This document shows positions 21,109-31,248 of a stretch of 39,862 nucleotides of DNA, piece by piece. The stretch is from Atractiella rhizophila (Eukaryota): the NCBI GenBank assembly GCA_021432655.1, contig MU271608.1:1-39862 (forward strand). Direction: 5' to 3'. Below the pieces are notes generated by a model. It made no database searches. It was given only the letters and a program-made list of their open reading frames with translations, and was not told the DNA's origin. The translations under genes and the position numbers were made by a program. Every line of letters starts with the position of its first letter. Within the stretch, counting starts at the first letter, position 1.

Positions 21109-22082
21109 ATGTCAACCAACGCGCAACTCTTCGACTTTGTCCTGACGAACAAGGATAGAAAGGAGAGCACGGTTTACTGGGACGTGGAGAAGGTGAAAGA
21201 GGTGAACTTCGGGCGATTCGCCGATGTGTTAGAGTGAGGGAAGAGGTGTTATCCTCTGTATATCAAATTTTGTGATCAGGTACAAGCAGAGGTGATATTT
21301 CTTGTCTTGTATATTGTGGTTGGGTGTGTGGTAACCCCTCACCGGTGGAAAGGTGCGAACGGCCTATGGGTCCGCAAAAGGCTTTAGTGATGGGCGGGTT
21401 TGTCATTCCCGTTGCAGATGTCTGTGGAAGACATGCAGGTATTGTGGGATGAACTTCGGCTCTGGGTTGAACAAGCGGCGCTCGTTGAGGAAGAAGCAGC
21501 GAAATTTGGATTTCAGCCCTCCAAATCGGCGAATGGTGACACTGTTTTGCGAAGAAAGAAATGAGAGCTTTTCCTGTTTGATACGAAAAAACGTCTGGCG
21601 AAGGAGGAGGAGGAACGAAAACGGGCGGCGCTTGAAAGTAAGTGTCAAGCGGCGGAGGAGAATTTGTGCGCTCAGAAATCGAGTGCGGCGGCGAAAGGAT
21701 CCGAGGTTGGGGTCGTGAGGGTGCTTTCTGACTATCTGGTGACTGGGACTACTTTTGTTTTGCCGCACCGTTGGGGGATCGAAACCCGTTCGCGGGTGCG
21801 CCAGTCGCCGAATTTGTGGTGCGCGACAGGAAGGTTCGAATCGGCGACAAGGAATTAGATGCATCGAAATACCGGTACTTCTGGCCAGGTACTCGCGAGG
21901 CCTATTCTCACGCTGCGGCGAACATCAATCTGGGCGAGTTGGAACTCGAATTAGTCATCACGACTCCGTGTGCGAATTCGCGCATTCTTCCCACATTGGC
22001 AAGCATCAGGACGCAGCGATGTAGCAACTGTACGGGCGTGCACACCGACTCCCCCTCATCTTACACTCTGTTTTGGTTTTGA
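21109..22082 (+). pseudogene. Extra ORF antisense to pol, between pol and the 3' LTR; degenerate, probably spliced
   Basis: MSTNAQLFDFVLTNKDRKESTVYWDVEKVKEVNFGRFADVLE*GKRCYPLYIKFCDQVQAE, a putative phase-0 intron 21292-21417, then MSVEDMQVLWDELRLWVEQ...RRKK*ELF...AKEEEERKRAALE. After a frame change: GDRNPFAGAPVAEFVVRDRKVRIGDKELD...RCSNCTGVH. Both internal stops are TGA (CGA-revertible). Confidence 0.5.
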
Positions 22083-22859
22083 TGTTTATTGTTTCCCATT
22101 TTCGCCTTTGCCTTTTTGTTTACCCATCCTTGTTCGCTTGACAACACATTATCCCACAAAGAAGACAAACCGGTGACAAGCACACAAAACGCCAACACGT
22201 TATACTGCCCGTTGTGTCCACAAGTGTGAGGCCCAGGCCTATTTGGTTGCAAGCTCCAAAATAAGCTTGGGTAGCTAGTGGGAGGAACGCCTGAGGGTCC
22301 TCCCCTAGACAGGGGAGTATGGCTCCTACATAATCCACTTTGCCTCTACCTTGACATGATTTACACTTGTCGCCGCCTGGCAATTCAGCACTAATACGGA
22401 GACGCAAAACATACATTTCACAGTTCAAAATCACCGCTCCGGACAGATTCCTCACTATCGCTACTACTCGAAAAAGAAACAGAATACGCATCATAATTGG
22501 AATTGTCATAAGCCTCTTGGGCCAACGAAGGTTTCAAGTCGCCGAATCAGAACTTGATTTCGCCGATGCCTAGACCTATGTTCAACAATGTGACTAGGGA
22601 TTCACCCAGCGAGGCGTTTAGAGGAGTAGGCCCTCTTAAAGTGAGGGGGAGGGGACCTCGTAATTGAGGACAATTTTCATAAATGAACATTGGTGATGGT
22701 GCAAGACGCAATGAGCATTCGTCTTTGACAGGCGACAAATGACTCACCAACAACCAAGTCGCCGACCTGCCCGTTGAGGAGCAAGTCGGCGCCTTGCCTT
22801 GACCTAAGTATCAAAGACTAGAATTTCACCTGGCAAGGCATACAGGGGTGTTAGACCCC

Positions 22860-23969
22860 TTAAAGTGAGGAAGACCCTCCAGCACGTTTTCGTTGAAGGT
22901 TACGAGAACGCATATTTGGGCAATTTTTTGCGGAGTTCGGGATCGAATCGGGATGAACTGCAAGCGCGTGTGCAGTGTGATAGTCTTTTATAGCATCCTG
23001 CGAATTTTCTAGATCTGCAATGCTTATCCATTCGTCCTCAGATGGTGAATACCCTTTGTATCGAATGCGATATTTGAAAACTCTATTTCGGGTACCGAAC
23101 CATTTTCCATCAACGATTTTTTCCACTTCCCACTCTTCAATTCCATTCACCAATTCCGGAGGTGGTTTGGGCAACTGGACTCTGCCAGGGATGTCGTCTT
23201 CGTTGACTTTTCGTGTTCGGCCCACATGGAACACCGGATGTATCTTCCATGAGCATGGCAACTCGAGTTTAAGGTTGAGGGGACCCAAAACTTGTAAAAT
23301 GCGAAAGGGGCCATGCCATTTGTTGTCCAACTTTTTGACAGGTCTCGTCGATTTGATGTTTTTCGCGCTCAACCAGACGAAATCGCCGACGTGATATTCG
23401 GGCGCCGGTGTGCGTTTTCTGTCATAATGCTTTGCCATGAGATCAGCAGCTTGCTCGAGTGCCGCTTGTGCTTCCCAGTCGGCGATTTGCATCTTTTCAA
23501 CGAATTGTGCCGCCACGGGAACATCCTCATCGGAGATAGGTTCAAAAGCCATGTGGGGGTGTTGACTGCAATCGAGTGAAAATGGAGTTACGCCCATCGC
23601 CGAACTGACGCAATGGTTGAGCGCAAATTCTGCATTGGGAAGTCCTTCCACCCAATTATCCTGAAGTGGTTGCAGAAAATGCGCAAATATTGTTCAACCT
23701 CTTGGTTCATTCGTTCAGTCTGACCATCACTTTGTGGATGATAGGCTGTCGATGGTGAACCTTTGATACCTAATAGGTGAGAGAGCGCAGAAGTGAATTT
23801 GGACACAAACTCTTTGCCGCGATCGAAAATTGTGACATCAAAGAGTCCATGTAACTTCCAAACGTGACCACGAAAAAGTCTCACAAGGCCTCTGTATCCA
23901 TCGTCAAATGGGTGGGGATGAGATGGGTGCGTTTTGAGAGTTTGTCGACTGACAAAAATCGTGTCAAAC
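22860..23969 (-). mobile_element. Ty3/Gypsy (chromovirus) pol 3' fragment: integrase core, GPY/F motif, chromodomain
   Basis: VDKLSKRTH, VWKLHGL...DRGKEFVSKF, STAYHPQSDGQTERMNQEVEQYLR, KWHGPFRIL, IHPVFHV, EEWEVEKIVD...YRIRYKGYSPSEDEWI. Several 1-bp frameshifts. 5' part cut off at 23970 by another LTR. Confidence 0.95.
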
Positions 23970-24424
23970 TGTAAAGGTTAGACGGTTTTCGACTAGACTT
24001 TACAAAGTATATGTCCTTTGATCTCTTTCACACTAGGTTTAAACAACAATCCTTTCGAAAGCTAGGCACAAGACTTGATGTCGTTGGTTGTCGGTAATCC
24101 TTATGTTATTCTGAAGATGTACTATAAGATGAAATGTATACAAGAGGTTCGAAGGGTTGGTTGCAGAGGTGTTGATCCAGTCTCTGGAATGTGCTGAAGG
24201 AGTAGAGTCATTGAAATGTCTGGAATCCTTACTTGTTTGAGCTCCTTTTATGTGGTTATGGAATTGTTCCAGAATATTCCAGATACTCTAAGTGATGGCA
24301 GTTAAGGTTATTCAGAGAATATTCTAGACTGTTCTACCATATTCCAGAGTAACGTTCTAGGCTGTTCTAAGAGGTTCCAGGAGGTTCCAGTATCTCCTAT
24401 AATGTATGTAGCCTAACCATTACA
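23970..24424 (-). mobile_element. 3' LTR of a second, unrelated LTR retrotransposon inserted into the chromovirus integrase
   Basis: TGTAA...TTACA inverted termini (455 bp). On the minus strand it is immediately preceded by the PPT AAGGAGGGGGAAGT (24425-24438) within the Gypsy-typical CTTGAGGACAAG...GGAGGGGG end. Internal TTCCAG/TTCTAG repeats. The integrase reading frame stops exactly at 23969. Confidence 0.85.
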
Positions 24425-24989
24425 ACTTCCCCCTCCTTGAAAGGAAGGCTTGTCCTCAAGCCTTGTTTAGAAATGAACCTGTAGGGAACGTGGCACTTTA
24501 CTATCTTCTTTCATGAACAGTGCTCAATTGTTCTTATTGATCTAGTGCCTTTGTATCATACAAGTTCTTGCTTGAGAAATACAAATACAAGGGGTTCTCT
24601 TAGCCTAGCAATATAAGTACAAGTTGTTCGCTATATCCTTTAGAAGAGATGGAAATTTTCCGACGTTTAGTGTCTGGCAGCATCAAAAGCCTTCAAAAAC
24701 TTTCTAGTAGCTTTCATAGCTACAAGTAGTTTCCTACAAGCAGCTTGCCTGTGTAAGTCCTCGAGGGTTAGCCAATAGACAGGTCTTCCAATTGGGTGGT
24801 GTCTTCCTGTCTCCAGATCACAGTTGAGGACTGCTAAGATCTTCCGACCATTGGGTTCTGAGGTCTCAATTGCACATCATGATGCGATAAATGAGCAAGG
24901 CTTTGGTGAAGGCAGGGCTGAAGTCTCTCAGACCGGCGTATTCGACTTGGATTGGTACTCGCCAAGGAAGAGGAGGAGAAGGAGGTTGA

Positions 24990-25786
24990 TCATTGGGGAT
25001 GATTCTGTAATACCCTCCTTGAAGGTTTCCAGGGACGATCGGGGCCGAAAGAGCTCTTATTTTCCGTGGTAGCGAACATCTTTGGCTGGGCTCTTGTTTG
25101 GCGCCCATAAACTGCGACGTCTTGCGAACCAGTAGACATGGTCTCCAAAGAAGGAAGGGTGATCGAGCTAGCCATATCGAAGATAGCGTCTTCAATGTCC
25201 GAAGTTGAAGCATCAGGTCTGAGCGATTGTGCAACAGCAATCGATTCGAGTTTATCGATTACTTCGATCGAAGGAGGAGATTGATTATTTGCACCCACGT
25301 TGGTTCTCTCCACCTGATTGTCACGTTGAGGGCGCCCAAAAGCAATCATTAATCAATGTTCCTACTTTGTGTAACAAGACTTACACAAGGGATCGGTCTA
25401 GTGAAATTACCAAAGAACCATCCATCTACCTTCTCAATATACTGATCCCAAGACCAGAAATTGACAATGTCGGGGTACATGGTGACAATAGTTCGTCCAG
25501 TGAGATATTTGTGAAAATCCGCAAGGTGGCAATAGGTACCTCCGGGCGTCCATCGAATGTAGATATCGTTACAGCAGTCCTCCAACATCCCAAGAAAGAT
25601 GATTCTGTCATACAGTAAGCATCTTATCATAATTATGAATTAAGCCTACTTTTTAAGATGCATAGGTATTTCTGGGCAATATTGCACAAAGCTAGGGTGC
25701 TTCCAAATTTCGTGGAGTTTGAGGATATGTGGGTGCATGTCGTGTTCAGTGATAGGGTCGTAAGAATCATCTTGAAAGTGAGCCAT
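24990..25786 (-). CDS. Three-exon hypothetical protein (~226 aa) lying just inside the second LTR element
   Basis: ATG at 25786. Exons 25650-25786, 25385-25604 and 24990-25313, joined in frame by GT-AG introns 25605-25649 (45 nt) and 25314-25384 (71 nt): MAHFQDDSYDPITEHDMHPHILKLHEIWKHPSF...IIFLGMLEDCC...WSWDQYIEKVDGWFFG...VERT.... The terminal TGA might be a mutated CGA. Confidence 0.55.
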
Positions 25787-27124
25787 GGTGAGTTTGGAGG
25801 GGTATTGGGGTATTTGGTGAAGTAGAGGTCCGAAGTGGAGAGTGACTGAGAGGGGAGTGTTACTTCCTGGAGGAATGGCTTCCTTGGGTGGATTTATACT
25901 TTTGCTAGGTATGTTCTAGACTTTTCTATGCTTTTGAATTTATCCTGGAAGTGCGCTTATTGAGAGGGGAAAAGGGGGGAATTTTACAAGCACGGAGTGC
26001 AGCAGCTAAATTAAGCAGAAATTATTCAGGACAAACTTGTTTGTATCTTCTGCATTTTTTGCGCTATTATCATTCTGAAAGTTGTGATAGACCTCCATAA
26101 CATGTGTCTAGCATGTTATATTGCTATTATACTCCATTATGATGAATCCTGCAAAGGCACTTTTCTACCCTTTTCGCTTTTTCTATAAAACTGATGGTTG
26201 GATCCCACAAAGGATAGGAATACTGGATAGAGGATGTCTCAGAGGTTAGGCTCGTCTTAAATACAAAGGGATTACTCTCAATTTAAAGGAAATATCATGG
26301 TTTGTCATTTTATAATTAGTGGGGTTGTTTTTGTGTTTCGCAAGTGTAATAGCGTTCTAAGCTTAAACAAAATGTGACAACTAAGCAGAGCTCACTTGGG
26401 GCTTTGAATCGAGCCTTAGACGGTCTTATTCCGTTGAATTTTGGCGAAGTTATGATGAATTTTCGAAAATAGTCTCTGTGGTGCAATATGTGCATTGTTT
26501 TTCTTGTTTTATGCTCAGCTACTTAATAAGACTCAATGAAACATGGTATGGCTGAAAGACAATAGTCAGAGCATTCAATTAAGCCTTTAGAAGGCTGCTT
26601 TGTTTCTTGTTTAACAAAGAGACAGTCAATTTCGTGTTTTTTTGCGAAAAGTCACATGACTTTCTCAATTCTCTATATTTTGAGGGGATTGAGTGAAGGG
26701 GGGCTCTCAGCTCATAATTAGCCGTGTCCTTTCATGCTAAAAGTGTTGTTTTTGATGTTCACTCTTTTATCTCCTCTTAAATACCAATTATTCCACCAAT
26801 TTCGCTTTTTTAGCATTGTTTCTTGTTTGTCAGCGCTTTTTTTGTTGTTTTCATATTGTTATATGTTGTTTACTGAGGTGTGGTCGTGTGTAAGGAGTGG
26901 AGAAAGGAGGGAAGGATGTGGGCAAGGAAAAACCAATGTAGATTACTGGATATATTTTTACCCTATCTACTGCAAGTAAGGTTCCCTCACATGTTTTCCA
27001 TCAACCTTGGGTGCATACCAAGTCCTTGCATGCAGTAAAGGCTTCAGTCTCTTTCATTTGGATGATCTGCAATACCTGGTGCTTCATCAAGAACAAAGAA
27101 GAAGAGTGAAAAGCATATTCCCTT

Positions 27125-29490
27125 CTACAATCCCCTCCATTGAATTAAGGCGATCTTCTGGGCTCTACAGAATGCTCAGATGATAGGGTACTTTGGAGGG
27201 AAGCTGGGAGAGACACTGGCAAAGACGGAGCATTTATTAGACAAACTGCGCCATGGATACACTTATAATGACTTCTACCACGGCACAGCAGTCCAAGCTG
27301 TTGCCAACGATAACATTGGCTTCATGGAAGATGAACAAGAATTGGTCTTTATTGCTTTGACAGATGGCGTAGCCATTCATGCCACTGTGACTCCAACATG
27401 TGGTTCATCATCCTTTCGTTTCTGGGCTTTGACACAGACGTACGAGCGAAACGTCGTCATACATTTTTCACGTTAGGCATTCCTGGTCCCAACAATCCCG
27501 TTGTTATCCAATCGTTCTTCATTCCATTCTATAAAGCTATGGCAAACTTGAGTGGAGGATTGTGGATTGGAATGCTGGATATCAAAGGTGGTTTGTTTGG
27601 AAAGGATGGCTGATCAACAAGCTCGGTAAGTGTCTCAGACTGCTTCCTTTAAAACTCACATTGAAAGACACATAGGTGACATGCTTGGCTCCACAAAGGC
27701 TAACGGCTGCACAGGCCATCAAGGCAAGTGTAGCTGTCGCTTTTGCAAGCTTATAGATCAGCTGCTTGGCCAACACTGTCATTACCTGTGTATATCGCTG
27801 CCCCAGTTTGACGGCACACTACCTGATTATCGCCCTGTCCCCTATGATCCTCTAAATCTCCCAATCCTCACAACGACAGAATACACACAAATAGCAAAGG
27901 ACCTAGCCCTTGCGACGACCCAAAAAGCTCGTTCAGAGATAGCTCATGACAGTATGGTCATTTCCATCATGCCCATATCTGGTCTCACTGCATTTCATAA
28001 TCCTTGGACTTTTTTTGCTGGGGATCTTGCTCATCTCCATTGGAAGAATGATGCTGAACTCATTTTCAATTCTCCCATGGGGATCAACAAGCAGGAGTCA
28101 CTTCCTGACCCCATGGGATCCGGCACAGCAAATTTGCGAGGAATTGGGGAACATGATCGAACGCTCTAAAATCGATATTCCCTACGCCTTCTCTCAGGCA
28201 GCTTCTCAAAACACATACCGATTTCAAAACACTCAGTGTAAGATGCACAAATGGTGGTACGTTTACGACTGGCTGCTTCTTCCCACCCTTTTCCTCCTAG
28301 GATTTCCTCTCAACGTCCTAAACGTAATCGACTCTTTTGTCTGTGGCTGCCGGCTCACTGTTAGGGCAAACACTATGTGCGGTCGGTCGCCGACGGGCGA
28401 TACGTCTGTAGTGGAGGTAAACCTAAGAGAATAGTATGGCATGAGAAGACTAACCTGTAGTGAAGGTAAACCTAAGAGAATATCTCAGGTACCACCACTA
28501 CACCTCGATGTATATATATATATGTAAAGGCACTGCCATAAACTGTAACATACGTTCTTGAAACACGTAAGGTAGCTGGATCAGGAAAGCAATAAAGGGA
28601 ATACTTGGAAATAAGATATACTGAGCAGTACTAGTGAGAAGGGATGATAAGGCGAAGATGGGGACAGTGCAGACTGGCGAAATGTATAAGGTTTGCTGAG
28701 CGGCGATTCGTGTGAGAAAGGGAAAAGCCGTGGACAGCGCAGGCATGAGCAAAGCGGCGATGGGTAGGCACGTGATCCTATGACGAGGTAAAGTAGGTCA
28801 TGTGACTTCGGATGGTGCATTTCGGTAATGCGTAGGGGCAAGCCTGACACAGCATCAGATCACAGAAGAGGAGTGGCTCAAAATACGAGAATATTTTACC
28901 AATTTCGTTACAGGCTGGGAGAAGGTATTTGTACATGGGGATCGATCTTGACTTGTTCGAATGGCCATGTGCATCCACCATCTCTTGCATGTTGCCAATT
29001 GGATTCTCTGGTCGGGCCTAGGAATTCTCTACTCGCAATTTCCAATGGAGGGAATGATCGGTTTTCTCAAAAAGTGTATCAACCAGGACAACAAGTATCA
29101 AGAGAATCTCTTTAACCAAGCGGTTTTGCAAGAGCAGCTGAACATTGTTGATGTTCTCTATCCAGGTGAAAATCCCTTTCATGGCAAGTCTGCCCCTCGT
29201 CAGTTTTCCTCTATATCCTCTCACAACTCCATCTCTTCACCTCGATGGGCATCTATTCCTGTCACCAAGTTAGTCAAACTGCGAGGCAGCGGTTACTTCG
29301 TAGAATAGATGCATGAGATCAATTTGATTCAATCCTACTGTACCTCTCGTGGCAAGAATCTTGATGGGATAGATATGGAGAAGACTGTTGCAAAATGGGA
29401 GCACTGGAGCCGGTATTCTTAGGCTAATGAGGATGTTATTCGCTCTTGGAGACTCGAACAGTTGTGGAAATTCGAAGCAGGAACGGCTCA
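27125..29490 (+). mobile_element. CACTA/En-Spm (Tnp2, Transposase_21-type) transposase pseudogene
   Basis: Fragments YNDFYHG, FIALTDG, MWFII, GIPGPNNPVVIQSFFIP, GDMLGSTKANGCTGHQGKCSCRFC, GDLAHL, IHHLLHVANWILWSG...SQFPMEGMIGFLK occur in Tnp2 order. Stops and frameshifts; interrupted by an LTR. Termini not found. Confidence 0.85.
28359..28849 (-). mobile_element. Solo LTR (subfamily B) inserted in the CACTA transposase
   Basis: TGTTAGGGCAAACAC...GCAAGCCTGACA, closely matching 20523-20983 plus a short insertion. Transposase coding sequence continues on both sides (FVCGCRL / QHQITEEEWLKIREYF). Confidence 0.9.
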
Positions 29491-29907
29491 TAGATTTCAG
29501 GTCAGATTTAGATGCAGACCAGAACGAGGAAATGTATCCAGACTCGATATAAGACTCTCATGCGTTTATGAGCTTGTATTATTCTAGTATATTTCACCTA
29601 TTCCCATTACATCGTAGCGGTATCTATGTTTGTAGATCAATTTAGCGGTTCTAATTTTCCTAATTATGATATGAAATTTCGATATTTTAGTAGATATATA
29701 CTGCCTAACATGGATTTTGTGGTACTGCTCGATCTCCGCACACCTTTCCTCTCCAGCTCTCTCTGTTTCGACACACCCATCAATCCGTTCTTCCACCATT
29801 GGCTTTCTTTCTTCAAGTCCTTCCACAGGAGCAATGCCTTTTTGAATGGCAGAGGCAGAGTGGTGATGGAGAGGGTTGACTTAACTCTGCGATTGAGGTT
29901 GTGTTTC

Positions 29908-31134
29908 TAGGGATGGCTATCGTCCCGTTTGCGGCCTGCTCAGGCTTCGACGGACGGGACGATGATCAGGTCGTCCCCGTCCCGTCCCGACCTACCGCCC
30001 TCTGAAAAGAGGATTGGGCGACCTGAAGGACGGGACGGTCAAGGACGAAGAGACGGTGCAAGGACGAGTGCAAGTGTATGTTGAAAGAGAGCTAAAATAC
30101 GTAATAACAAGATCCGAAGCTGCGACATGCTCCTAATTCTCCAACGCCTCCTCCATCTCCCGCCTCAGTTCTCACGGTCCATCCTGAGCGAAACCTTGAG
30201 AGAGGCACTTAAGAGAAGCTGGAGATGCTCATAGCCAGGAATGTTAGACGGCCAGTCTCGCCAATCAGATTACTATTGGCGTATCCAACGAAGTGCAACA
30301 GATCCTTACTCCGCCTTTGCTTCTTCCTGTTGAGTTTGTCACTGAGAGCTGTGTTATCCTCATTATTCTTCTTCACTATATCAATGAGGGTTCGCTGCTG
30401 TGATGGTCTGGTGGTGGGTTCGGCCATCTTATGACAACTTCGATCAAGGCACGGAATACGAGGCGGTTGTTGACAATGGAACAAGGAAGGAGAGGCAGCT
30501 TTTATGAGGGAAAGAGTGCTCGGACGAGGTTTGGGTAAAATTGCAGCATTTACATTGTTGATACATCTAAAGGGCATGATCAGCACTTCAATATCTTGGA
30601 TCAGTGAAAGAAAAGTGCTCACACAATGAATCAAACTTGAAACTAGCATTGGCAGGCGACAACAAGTGAGAACCAGCTGCAGGTGGACTTCCCAACCTTC
30701 GGAGACACAGAGCGGGGCTTCTTCACACTCTGAATAAGGTGTAGCAAGGTCTGCAAGCCCGACTCAATCTCAAACTCACCCGAGAACTTTAGGCAGGAAA
30801 GGCTACATACCTTCTGCACCCAACAGCAAGCAGCCCGAGCTCCACTCCAAATCGCTCTATGCAACCAAACCGTCCTACCGGAAGCCGTCCCGACGTCCTT
30901 TAATTCTGTTGCTAATGTTGTCACGAGTTCGTGTTTCTGGCGACCATCACAGTTGTCATTGAACCACGAGCGTTCAGCACTTCCCGGGCACTAGATACAC
31001 TACTCCGTCCCCTCCACAGCACTCAACCAGCCCTGCAAAGTTCCAGGGGGATTATCTCTCACCATGTTCCTAACATTATAGTCGACCGGATACTCGATGT
31101 GGTCCCCCCAGGGACGAGGGCTGCCCAAGCTTTG
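29908..31134. mobile_element. Possible hAT-like non-autonomous relic
   Basis: Begins TAGGGATGGC (Ac/hAT-like terminus), followed by clustered CGTCCC/GGGACG subterminal words (29,920-30,070). A GGGACGAG word recurs near 31,111. Right TIR and 8-bp TSD are not convincing, so the right boundary is tentative. Confidence 0.35.
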
Positions 31135-31248
31135 AAGCTTGTATTCTGTAAATGGTAAATGATTATTGCTGCCCAGTTTACAAGTAGCTCATATACACTA
31201 ATCCACTGTGCTCGAACAGAAGAAGAAACAATATAAAATAGTTCTAAA

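Noticed and set aside
20523..28849. The two subfamily-B LTRs as the paired ends of one full-length element
   Set aside because: Outer flanks (CGTCG / CAGCA) do not match, the LTRs differ by indels, and the 28359 copy sits inside a CACTA gene with no PBS or gag beside it.
30209..30924. Minus-strand ORFs as a hAT transposase
   Set aside because: No convincing hAT motifs (BED finger, CxxH, TRWNS, dimerisation domain) were found.
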